Virus record (IMG/VR): IMGVR_UViG_3300048032_000483
Location: 1 to 33,971 of that record
Strand: one strand, 5' to 3'
DNA: 33,971 nt
Origin: a virus
Taxonomy: Duplodnaviria; Caudoviricetes
A program made the position numbers and the translations under genes. This document shows, piece by piece, positions 1 to 8,338 of the stretch (position 1 is the first letter of the stretch; every line of letters begins with the position of its first letter). The notes beneath the pieces are model-generated. The model saw only the letters and a program-made list of their open reading frames with translations, was not told the origin of the DNA and did not search any database.

Positions 1-110
1 ACAGCCTCAGCAAAGCCTTGGCTGAATCCAGGATCATTGCGAAAGTTAAAGTAGTTTGTTTCGTGTCCATAGATAAAACTATCACCAAAACTTATTACGC
101 TATTGCTCAT
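1..110 (-). CDS. SGNH/GDSL hydrolase-like protein, N-terminal fragment (runs off window start)
   Basis: Not in the ORF track. Read by hand from ATG at 110: MSNSVISFGDSFIYGHETNYFNFRNDPGFSQGFAEA. FGDS near the N-terminus is the SGNH block I motif. The start overlaps the end of the radical SAM gene. Confidence 0.65.
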   Translation of the reverse strand, partial: MSNSVISFGDSFIYGHETNYFNFRNDPGFSQGFAEA

Positions 111-1656
111 TAATATGTCTCCAGTCCTGTTCACACTGTTTATAAAATGGTTCATACTCAGGGAACGTAGTAAGGAAATCTGTGTTATTCCTTTTGTCCA
201 TTGTATTTACAAATTGATAAAACTTTGCTCGCTGACTGGTGACATCAACCTGTGTGTCTCGTTCTGGTTCACTTTTCTTGATCCAATGTATGCGGTGCAT
301 AACAATACGTTTAAACTTCTCATACTCAAGTACCTCAAAGCCTCTATGTTGGCTCCAATGATCATCACAGGTGTTGTTGTTCATATAATCCAAACAAGGC
401 AACATATAGTCCTCTACCAAGTCTGTAGTACAGTATCTTGCATCTAGGAATGTAGGATGTCTTAGATAAGGAATGTCAATACCCACCACGTGTGTATGCT
501 TCCAATTAGGATCATAATCGTTCTTATTGCCAAACTGTTCACTACTAAACCCAGTCTCGCTTTTGATAATTGCTTGAGCACGATTTGTATTATATTTCTT
601 ACGTAACTTTAACTGCCACTCCAATAGTAACTGTAAACTACTGATGCTAAAAATATTATATGTACTCATGATAACACAACGTATGTTACCCATGCTAACT
701 AATTGCTCATAACGTTTGCGTAACAAATGGAAGTCAAGTCCAGTACGAGCATACTCTGCACGTTTGCCCCAACCCTCTACACTTGTAAACACTGTGATAC
801 TTTTAATGTTATCACTGTCTTTTAATTTGTCAATCTTTTCAATAAAACGATCCCATAGTTTGTCTGGTACACTCAGGTTGCTGTTCATGCTGAGTTCCAT
901 CTCTGGGTTTGGATTGTCAATAAACCAATCCAAAATACGGAATGTCTCTTTGCTCATTAATGGTTCGCCACCAGTGATACGAAATACTCGCAAGTGCTTG
1001 TATGCTTCAGGCCACCATTCCCAAAATGCATCTACATAAGGATTTTGTTCTCTGTTCTTGTATATGTTGATGTCCTGCCAACCATGGCTCCATTGTTCAT
1101 GTGGAGTACCTTCCATTAGCTTCACAGGACCATTGTGGTTAATATCTTCTACCCACTTACTACTATACTCTGGTCCACAGTATGTACATTTGAGGTTGCA
1201 CACATTACTAAAGCTAACTTCTAGATAACTTGGAAATACATTCTCATCTCCATTTAGTTCAGCAACATTGTCATGATTGTTAATCGCCCAAGGCTCAAAA
1301 CTTTTGTTTGTGCGATCACTAAAACTTCCCTGATCCTCTACTCGCCAACAATAGTCACACTCTTTAGGCTTACCGCCTTGTAGCATTTCTCGTCTAGCTT
1401 GCTTCTTTTGTTCAGTATTGTGTAATGCACTTGGATTTTCTTTAAGTTCTTCTAGTGGAATCTTATGTGGGCTTGGATGGTGACAACTGTGTGTCATTCC
1501 TGTTCCTAGATGAATAGTTACTTGTTTCCATTTAGCCAAGCAAAATCCAGCACCGGTTTGGTTGAGCAAGTTTTGCATAGTAGATAAGTTTTCATGATTT
1601 AAAATCTTACCGCCAGCATTGTTTAATTGCCAGTTCTGGTCTTTAACTTTAGGCAT
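100..1656 (-). CDS. Radical SAM protein with N-terminal Twitch/SPASM-like auxiliary Fe-S region
   Basis: CxxxCxxC motif CNLKCTYC (1177-1200) and ITGGEP motif. Extra Cys cluster before the rSAM core (CLAKW..., HSCHH, CDYCW). TAATG stop/start coupling with thyX. Confidence 0.9.
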   Translation of the reverse strand: MPKVKDQNWQLNNAGGKILNHENLSTMQNLLNQTGAGFCLAKWKQVTIHLGTGMTHSCHHPSPHKIPLEELKENPSALHNTEQKKQARREMLQGGKPKECDYCWRVEDQGSFSDRTNKSFEPWAINNHDNVAELNGDENVFPSYLEVSFSNVCNLKCTYCGPEYSSKWVEDINHNGPVKLMEGTPHEQWSHGWQDINIYKNREQNPYVDAFWEWWPEAYKHLRVFRITGGEPLMSKETFRILDWFIDNPNPEMELSMNSNLSVPDKLWDRFIEKIDKLKDSDNIKSITVFTSVEGWGKRAEYARTGLDFHLLRKRYEQLVSMGNIRCVIMSTYNIFSISSLQLLLEWQLKLRKKYNTNRAQAIIKSETGFSSEQFGNKNDYDPNWKHTHVVGIDIPYLRHPTFLDARYCTTDLVEDYMLPCLDYMNNNTCDDHWSQHRGFEVLEYEKFKRIVMHRIHWIKKSEPERDTQVDVTSQRAKFYQFVNTMDKRNNTDFLTTFPEYEPFYKQCEQDWRHINEQ

Positions 1657-2321
1657 TATAGATCCTTAGCTAGTGGGAATATCTCCGCAATGGCTTTTGC
1701 ACATGCATGCGCAATTTCCATATGTTCTTTTTGTGTGCCGTTAGCACCACGTAGTTCAATATAATGTACCCAACTACGTATAGTTCCGTTCATATACAGG
1801 CGTGTCTTGGTATTACCTTCCGGCAATACAACACGTGCTTGCTCTTTGGCAATGCCTTCATTGATCGCCCAATCGTATGCTTCTTTCGCCGCATCAATTA
1901 CTTTTTGTTGTCTGATATTCCATTCATTGTGTAGTACACTGTTTTCAGAAATCTCTACACTGTTTTGTCTGTTCTTTTCATCTTGGAAACGTGCTTCACG
2001 TAATACAAATTGATCTCCCATCTCACTAGGGTTAGCATAACGTTGGCTAAACTCCTGGAAAGCAAAACTACGATGACGTACAATTTGGTGTGCAATGTCA
2101 CGTGTTGTTTCAATTTCCATTACAGCGTTTGCCATCTCTAACGGAGACCAGTGTTGGTGTTTAATTAGATACTTAATTAAGCGTTCGCTTGTCTCTTTAT
2201 TAATTTGTGAAGCTGGGTTAGATACTTTTGCACAAAACGCTATTAGATCCTGTACGTTGTCTAGTCCCTCTGCTTTTGATTCTTCTGTAGGCTGTGTGTA
2301 GCTTTTTAATGTAACTTTCAT
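1656..2321 (-). CDS. thyX: Flavin-dependent thymidylate synthase
   Basis: ThyX signature RHRSFAFQEFSQRY, plus HWSPLE, EQARVVLP and the C-terminal TQKEH segment. 221 aa. Confidence 0.95.
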   Translation of the reverse strand: MKVTLKSYTQPTEESKAEGLDNVQDLIAFCAKVSNPASQINKETSERLIKYLIKHQHWSPLEMANAVMEIETTRDIAHQIVRHRSFAFQEFSQRYANPSEMGDQFVLREARFQDEKNRQNSVEISENSVLHNEWNIRQQKVIDAAKEAYDWAINEGIAKEQARVVLPEGNTKTRLYMNGTIRSWVHYIELRGANGTQKEHMEIAHACAKAIAEIFPLAKDL

Positions 2322-3296
2322 TTATTCGATCGAGTCCTCTACGTTGTCTTCTCGTACTTGTGGTGCAAGTCTACTTGGATTAATATACACCGCTTTAAAA
2401 AATTCACTTCCCTCTACGCCTAAGTCAGCAATAGGAAGTTTTAAGTCTCGACGTAACTTAACGCCAAAGTCCAATGTCTTTTCTTGTAATAGTTCTTTGT
2501 TCCATTTCATTCCTGTGCGGACGCATAGCTCATCGCCGCCATCAAATTCTGGATAAACATTATCACGGAAAAAAGCATTTAGCCATTCAAAATCTCTAAC
2601 ATTGCGCCAGTCCCAATCTTCTCGTGTCACGTTTGTCATGTAACAACCTAAGCGAGCACCATATACTGCCCATAGTCCATTAGTTACATCTTCGCCAACA
2701 CTCATCCATGTCAACATACGCTTTAGGTTTTTACCATGTATCTTTAAAATGTTTTTAGGATCGACAACATCACCGTCAACTAATCCCATCTTAACACCTT
2801 CACGGAAGCCTGCACGCCATGCTTGTAGTGGACTACCATTGTTCATAACATCACAATAAATGTTATTCATCTGTACATAGTTGATGTTCCAACAAAAATC
2901 TACTTGCGCTCTTTTGTCATCTGCTGGCGCACTCTCATGCGTCTTCATATTGTAAACAACATCCTTTGGCCAACACTTGATGCCGCCATTGCCGTATACT
3001 AGACCGTTAATAGTATTTTTACCTGCCCAACTAATTACATCTAGATCGTCAATTTTATTCATATCTACTTCAACATTAAAGAAGTCAGAACGTACAATGT
3101 TGTCTGCATCAATAGTAATGAACCTGTCAGTCTCAGCCATATCAGCCGCAGCCTTGTGTGCAGCGTCACTACCTTCTACTCCATGACTATGTTTAGCCCA
3201 TGGACACTTCTCTTGTAGGTCCTGAAAGTTTTCATCAGCATTGGGCTCGTCATAACTGATGAATACGATATCAAATTCGTTGATACTAGTTGACAT
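2322..3296 (-). CDS. Glycosyltransferase-like protein (GT-A/GT2-like fold)
   Basis: N-terminal strand FDIVFISYDE, helix AAHKAAA, then RFITIDADN with a DxD motif, and a GNGG loop. This matches the GT-A nucleotide-sugar binding layout. Confidence 0.65.
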   Translation of the reverse strand: MSTSINEFDIVFISYDEPNADENFQDLQEKCPWAKHSHGVEGSDAAHKAAADMAETDRFITIDADNIVRSDFFNVEVDMNKIDDLDVISWAGKNTINGLVYGNGGIKCWPKDVVYNMKTHESAPADDKRAQVDFCWNINYVQMNNIYCDVMNNGSPLQAWRAGFREGVKMGLVDGDVVDPKNILKIHGKNLKRMLTWMSVGEDVTNGLWAVYGARLGCYMTNVTREDWDWRNVRDFEWLNAFFRDNVYPEFDGGDELCVRTGMKWNKELLQEKTLDFGVKLRRDLKLPIADLGVEGSEFFKAVYINPSRLAPQVREDNVEDSIE

Positions 3297-4242
3297 TGCA
3301 TGTCTCCTTGTAAGCTATGTTTATGTTTCTGTTACGATAAATTAATAATGGATCTTCAGGCCAGTCTAATTCATGTTCTACAACCACCTCTTGGTCATTG
3401 CTATAAAGTTCTTCACTTGGTATAGATATATCACCTACAAGTCTATCAGGTGTTCCATCACAAACTAATATATCAAAAGTTGGCTTAGATCTAAATAAGT
3501 GTTTATCATTAGATGATATTTTACTGTTCACATATAGTTTGTTATCTATATTTGTAAACAATATATGAGATTGATGACTATGTTGGTTGCTTTGTAACCA
3601 GCGTTTATTTTCCAACACATCGTCAGTATAAATTATAGAATCACGATAAGCAAAACTATACGTCTGCACAATGTTTCTAACATATATACTTATACTTTTT
3701 GTTTCTACATATTTTCTCAGTCCTGGTACTTCAACTTCTACTATACCATTCTTGAGTAACTCCATCTTGTCTATCTCAATAATTTGAATTAAATTATCCA
3801 TATTATTGTCTTGTATTAAATATACATCCATTACAAACTCGTCATTACTAGCAACTGTGTGTAATGATACATCATTAATTACTTTTCTTAGAACTCCGCG
3901 GTTTACTGTTGCACGTAGCAAATTATTATCTAGATATAGATCAAAATGTATTGCATTTTCAGCAGATGCCGCTTCGGGTACCTTGTACCAAATCCTCTCA
4001 TCCACTATACTAACATCTGACAATTTGTCAACTAAAATCCAGTCATTGGAAAGGAAACCAGACTGGATTTTAAAATCTCTGCGTACTCGTTGACCAGAGC
4101 TTACTTGAGTTAATGCTGTGTTACTTGATACATGTAGTAGCCTGTCTTCTTTTGGAATAATTTCTCTACTGCTAAGTCTGGTAATTTTACCACTATCAGG
4201 AAGAAATTCAATCCACCATGTTTGACTATCTTGTTCGCTCAA
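3286..4242 (-). CDS. Hypothetical protein with apparent internal two-domain duplication
   Basis: 318-aa ORF overlapping both neighbours. No catalytic motif recognised. Confidence 0.75.
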   Translation of the reverse strand: MSEQDSQTWWIEFLPDSGKITRLSSREIIPKEDRLLHVSSNTALTQVSSGQRVRRDFKIQSGFLSNDWILVDKLSDVSIVDERIWYKVPEAASAENAIHFDLYLDNNLLRATVNRGVLRKVINDVSLHTVASNDEFVMDVYLIQDNNMDNLIQIIEIDKMELLKNGIVEVEVPGLRKYVETKSISIYVRNIVQTYSFAYRDSIIYTDDVLENKRWLQSNQHSHQSHILFTNIDNKLYVNSKISSNDKHLFRSKPTFDILVCDGTPDRLVGDISIPSEELYSNDQEVVVEHELDWPEDPLLIYRNRNINIAYKETCNVN

Positions 4243-5053
4243 AATAATTATCCTTTAAAATGTCGACATTGTCTTCAGTCATAAATGATGCTGTATGATA
4301 TAACATTAAACCATTAAAAATAAAATTTTGCATCTTGATATTTTCTTTGTTTAACCAAACATTTAGATACTTTGTCCATTCAGTTTTAAGTTCACTGCCA
4401 ATAACAAACTGCATATCTATTACAGGAAATAAAGTATCCTGTAGTACTACATCATCAAATATACCTAAATGACTAATAGCTAAACTACATAGTAGCTCTG
4501 GCTGTAGGTAGTCATCATAGTCTTCTTTTCTTAAAAACTGTTTGTAAATCAATTGATAGTTTTTTGTATATACATCATACATTTTAAAAAATGCTAATGC
4601 GTTTGGTGTATCCTTTTTAAAGTAAATTATATTTGGATTAACATAATCTATTTTATTTTTTTCATAAATTTCTTCTTCAACAATTCGTTCTTCATATCTG
4701 AAATTACACATCTTATTCATAAATGATAAGTCGTAATGATCCATTAAATACTCCCACGTTTCATTCATAGGATAATTTAATAAAGACTTGGGATCCAATA
4801 CTATAGTATGCTCATAAGGTGTTGCCCAATACATTTGCCACATCTTGTGTGATAGTATGTCGGTATTATTGAATGGGAATGGAACAACTGTATCAAAGAC
4901 ATCGTCAACAATGTCTGCATCCAAGTTAGTTACTAACGTAACACTCTCTTTGGGATTAGATTGTTTAATTGAATAGCATAACGCCTGCGCCATCATTAGC
5001 TCTGACTCAGTAACTGATGCAATAACAAAACCCCGTTGTGGAATCTCATCCAT
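4226..5053 (-). CDS. Glycosyltransferase-like protein (GT8-like), DxD motif degenerate
   Basis: The start is more likely ATG at 5053 (MDEIPQRGF), overlapping the upstream stop (ATGGATGA), than 5077. It aligns by eye with the upstream paralog (TPYEHTIVLDPK vs SPFEKTLLLDID). Confidence 0.65.
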   Translation of the reverse strand: MDEIPQRGFVIASVTESELMMAQALCYSIKQSNPKESVTLVTNLDADIVDDVFDTVVPFPFNNTDILSHKMWQMYWATPYEHTIVLDPKSLLNYPMNETWEYLMDHYDLSFMNKMCNFRYEERIVEEEIYEKNKIDYVNPNIIYFKKDTPNALAFFKMYDVYTKNYQLIYKQFLRKEDYDDYLQPELLCSLAISHLGIFDDVVLQDTLFPVIDMQFVIGSELKTEWTKYLNVWLNKENIKMQNFIFNGLMLYHTASFMTEDNVDILKDNYFERTR

Positions 5054-5933
5054 TTTGATTCTCCATAATGCTATCAAAGTTTCGCATAATAGCTCTTTTA
5101 TTCATTAGATGCATATCAGTATCAGACATCTTAACTGCGATATCTTTCCAATTTTCTTCTCTGTTGTTACTTAGGAAGTACCAGTAATCATCTTTTACTT
5201 TAAACAGTTCATCCTTTTGTTCCATGTTTATCATAGGAACATTGAAGTTATTAATTACTTCACCAGGCATCATACCATTCATTAGGTGTGTAGCTACACT
5301 AACACAATAGTCTGTTCTAAATAATGATCCTGGAAAATTGTATAACATTTGATAGTAGCTATAGTTATCAGCTACATGAGCCCACGTTTCAAAAAATAGT
5401 TTACTGTCTGCACTTCTATCAAATGCAATAACAGTACTCCACCACATTGGTATGCCATTAGTGTTTAGATATTGTTCTCCAGGCTTTGCTTGTCTATTTT
5501 GTATGTCAAGGCTATCATTATACATTGTAATACCAGGAACATCTAACCATGGTAATAAAAAGTCGCTGTTAACAAAATAGTCTATATCAAGTAATAGAGT
5601 CTTTTCAAAAGGACTGTAGTCGTATATAAAATGTTTGTTGCTGTTTTTAAATGGTGCTTTAAATGAACTCCATGGACTATCATAATGTCCTCGTTCATTT
5701 TTTGCATGTTCAATATTTTTGGAAATAATATAATCAAACGACTCATTAACTAGGTCTACACCACGGCTCTGCTCTATCCAGTTAACAGTACCTTCGTCTG
5801 TAATTAAGCATACCGGTAAGCCTAGCTTCTGTTTAACTTGTCTAGAAGCTAGTATAGCTAGTGCGCCATAGTCAATTTGTTCGTTATTGTAAGCAAAAAA
5901 GCATACGCCTTTTTCTTGTTCGTATCTTGCCAT
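5046..5933 (-). CDS. Glycosyltransferase (GT-A, GT8-like)
   Basis: KGVCFFAYN N-terminal strand, PVCLITD, and SPFEKTLLLDIDY with an intact DxD motif. TAATG coupling to the upstream gene. Confidence 0.75.
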   Translation of the reverse strand: MARYEQEKGVCFFAYNNEQIDYGALAILASRQVKQKLGLPVCLITDEGTVNWIEQSRGVDLVNESFDYIISKNIEHAKNERGHYDSPWSSFKAPFKNSNKHFIYDYSPFEKTLLLDIDYFVNSDFLLPWLDVPGITMYNDSLDIQNRQAKPGEQYLNTNGIPMWWSTVIAFDRSADSKLFFETWAHVADNYSYYQMLYNFPGSLFRTDYCVSVATHLMNGMMPGEVINNFNVPMINMEQKDELFKVKDDYWYFLSNNREENWKDIAVKMSDTDMHLMNKRAIMRNFDSIMENQNG

Positions 5934-6280
5934 TACATGTCCATAATTTTATTAACGCTTCGGCTACGCTTTAACTTTTGCATCTCTCTGTCGTATTCTT
6001 CAATACCGTCTTTATATGCTGTGACAAGTTTTTCCAAGAAAAGATTTAAGTCTTTAATTGGTATCGTGTTCTCTTTAGAATCTAATATAATTGCATCTTC
6101 ATTTTCCAAGTCAATTAGTGTCTTGACAAATGCAATAGTTTCATGATTTGCTTTAAATACACCGCCACCATGGTGTACGATTTGTACTTGGTGTAATCTG
6201 TTCTTTAAGTTTGCCTTTTGATTGTTTACTGTAACACTATAGTTACTAAAGGCCAATGCCCGTTCCAGACGCTCGTCCAT
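5933..6280 (-). CDS. Small hypothetical protein, resembles phage tail-fibre assembly/DUF4376-type proteins
   Basis: 115 aa with strong RBS GAGGAG. The pattern G-x-F...ILD..N.I.I...C-terminal helix recalls DUF4376. Family assignment is by eye only. Confidence 0.55.
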   Translation of the reverse strand: MDERLERALAFSNYSVTVNNQKANLKNRLHQVQIVHHGGGVFKANHETIAFVKTLIDLENEDAIILDSKENTIPIKDLNLFLEKLVTAYKDGIEEYDREMQKLKRSRSVNKIMDM

Positions 6281-6303
6281 ACAAAACTCCTCTATTTTTA
6301 ACG

Positions 6304-6332
6304 ATTATAATTTATTTTTATAGGAAAGTCAA
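6304..6332 (-). promoter_or_regulatory. Sigma70-type promoter for the GT-thyX-radical SAM operon
   Basis: Minus strand TTGACT (6332-6327), 17-nt spacer, TATAAT (6309-6304), followed by GAGGAG and ATG at 6280. Confidence 0.85.
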
Positions 6333-6337
6333 CGGTT

Positions 6338-7447
6338 TTATAACTGTTGCCACGTATTTAGCAATGTTAAAACTGGACCATTTCTGTCAAGAAATTGGTA
6401 CTCATAAGCTGGTGGAGTGTTTAGTGGATCTTTCATATATGATCCTGTACTGGTAGCCATTACTGAATTAGAAGGACTTAGGATAGGTCTAATAAAACCA
6501 ACATCCAATTCCATTTCAGTTTGTACAACTGAGCCTTGTGTTTGTGGTAATTCGTTAACAATTAGTCTAAGTTCAAGATGGAAACCGTTTGCATCGCTTT
6601 CACCTCTTGCTTGTAGCAACAGTAGTCTGTCTGCATTGTAACCGCCATAACCACCATAGCCGCCGTATCCACCATATGCATCACCTGTAGTAATGCCGAA
6701 TGTATCTTTATCACTAGCAATGTATCCGTGGTATGTAAAAATATTAGTCCATTGCTGTGTTGGTCTAATATTATAAAATCCACGTGGTATAGTAAGTCTG
6801 TGTGCAGCACCACCTACGTTTGCTGTTTGTATTGCACCAAATCTAATTTCACTAATAGCATTAAACATATAATCCCAATAGTTATCAATTACAGTACCTG
6901 GTGTTGCGTCAAGGTTAAATGTAATTGTACCTCCACTATTAAAGAAGTGTCTAGCTTCAGTGTAATCTGTGAATGTAGCTTTTACTCCAACTTGAGCATA
7001 GTCTGTCCATGAAAGAGGATTAGAACCTGTAAGGTTATCTTCAAGTATAACTCCGCCCTGGTCATCAATATCAATACTATTAATGCCAAAGCGATTAGTA
7101 TCAATAAAGTTTAGTTTGTTGATTATTTCATTATAGGCTTGTGCAGTTACAACATCGCCTACATTTTTATATGTACCAATTAAGCTACTGGTTTCATCAA
7201 TATGATATAATCCAGCGTTAACTTGTCTTGTTAGTTTGTTGATGTGATTAGCTTCAATAAGAACACCAATAGCAACTGGTGCATCTACTGGAGCAATGCC
7301 CCAACCAAATCTGTGTGTAGTGTTATCCGCATCTGTAAATGTACTCGCTGGATAATTATCACCCCAGTACTTTTGGTACTCGGTAATCAGTTCATTGAAC
7401 TGTTCTGCTGTAATTATTTCTCCAACTTGACGCGGTGTAAGAGACAT
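6338..7447 (-). CDS. Virion structural protein (tail fibre/baseplate-associated)
   Basis: Last gene of the baseplate/tail cluster. Three N-terminal G-x-x-I-x-A-x-x-x-N repeats (VGEIITAEQFNE, IGVLIEANHINK, VGDVVTAQAYNE), G/T-rich, with a (YGG)4Y tract. Confidence 0.65.
   Translation of the reverse strand: MSLTPRQVGEIITAEQFNELITEYQKYWGDNYPASTFTDADNTTHRFGWGIAPVDAPVAIGVLIEANHINKLTRQVNAGLYHIDETSSLIGTYKNVGDVVTAQAYNEIINKLNFIDTNRFGINSIDIDDQGGVILEDNLTGSNPLSWTDYAQVGVKATFTDYTEARHFFNSGGTITFNLDATPGTVIDNYWDYMFNAISEIRFGAIQTANVGGAAHRLTIPRGFYNIRPTQQWTNIFTYHGYIASDKDTFGITTGDAYGGYGGYGGYGGYNADRLLLLQARGESDANGFHLELRLIVNELPQTQGSVVQTEMELDVGFIRPILSPSNSVMATSTGSYMKDPLNTPPAYEYQFLDRNGPVLTLLNTWQQL
6638..6676 (-). repeat. 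YGGYGGYGGYGGY coding repeat
   Basis: TAT GGT GGA TAC GGC GGC TAT GGT GGT TAT GGC GGT TAC on the minus strand. Confidence 0.95.
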
Positions 7448-7448
7448 G

Positions 7449-8336
7449 TTACTTTGCTCCTACAACAACTTCTAATAGGCCTTCACCCTCTGTAGTTTTA
7501 TCAGCTAAAGCTCTACCAACGATACGATACCAATCTAAGGCTTCTTGACGTTCATAGTCACTTACTGCACGTGCAACTCCAGGTGTCTCACTTGACACAA
7601 GTCGTTGTCCTTTACGTACAGGTCCAATAACTTTACATGGTACTCGACCTTCTAATGCAACTGCTACACCTGTTCCCTCTAATGCACTGTTCATTAAGTG
7701 TGCTGGTTCAGTTGATACAATGCCAAAAACTTCCGGACAAAAAGCGTCAGTAGTTTGTGTTACTTCTGCCTCGCCTCCAATTTTTACCACTGTGCCTGGT
7801 GTATATTCTGCATCACTTGAATACATTTCTGCAAGGTCAGCATATAATGCCTCTGTTGCTGTACCAAATAATTTTGCACCTGCGGCTAGTGTAATACCTA
7901 CACCAATCGCCGTAAAGCCTGTAAACTCTGGATCATTTGCATTTACATTAAATGCAACGTCACTTACTACTGCAATAGTTTCTGAACCGTTTCCTGAATC
8001 TGCTTTAATTTTTGTTACTGGTTTATCTGCACCAGTAGCGTCTTGAATATCCTCTTGACCAATAACGTGATGTGGACTTGAAACCCACTTGTTACCATCG
8101 TAAAACTTCATTTCGGCTTCGTTATTGTCATACCACCATTGCCCTTGTACTGGGTTAGCTGGTGCTGTACCGCTTGCCCAATTTTCAAGAAGCCCTAGTT
8201 GGTTCTCTGCAATATGTTCACCATACCCATAAAAGTTTTTACCTACTAAGGTTAAACTTGTTGATGTGTTTAGTGTGCCGTCGTTAACAATGATTTGGCC
8301 GTTTGCTGGATCTTTGTGATTTACTGTATATGCCAT
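7449..8336 (-). CDS. Short tail-fibre-like protein with C-terminal intramolecular-chaperone (peptidase G2/IMC-like) domain
   Basis: N-terminal baseplate-anchor-like segment (LVGKNFYGYGE..ENWA..P.NPVQGQWWYD). C-terminal ADLAEMY..PGTVVKIGG..GRVPCKVIGPVRKGQRLVSS is typical of IMC-type domains. Confidence 0.7.
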   Translation of the reverse strand: MAYTVNHKDPANGQIIVNDGTLNTSTSLTLVGKNFYGYGEHIAENQLGLLENWASGTAPANPVQGQWWYDNNEAEMKFYDGNKWVSSPHHVIGQEDIQDATGADKPVTKIKADSGNGSETIAVVSDVAFNVNANDPEFTGFTAIGVGITLAAGAKLFGTATEALYADLAEMYSSDAEYTPGTVVKIGGEAEVTQTTDAFCPEVFGIVSTEPAHLMNSALEGTGVAVALEGRVPCKVIGPVRKGQRLVSSETPGVARAVSDYERQEALDWYRIVGRALADKTTEGEGLLEVVVGAK

Positions 8337-8338
8337 GT

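Noticed and set aside
5054-5077. Longer start (MIALWRIK) for the second GT-like gene
   Set aside because: The ATG at 5053 overlaps the upstream stop in the usual coupled manner and matches the paralog's N-terminus better.
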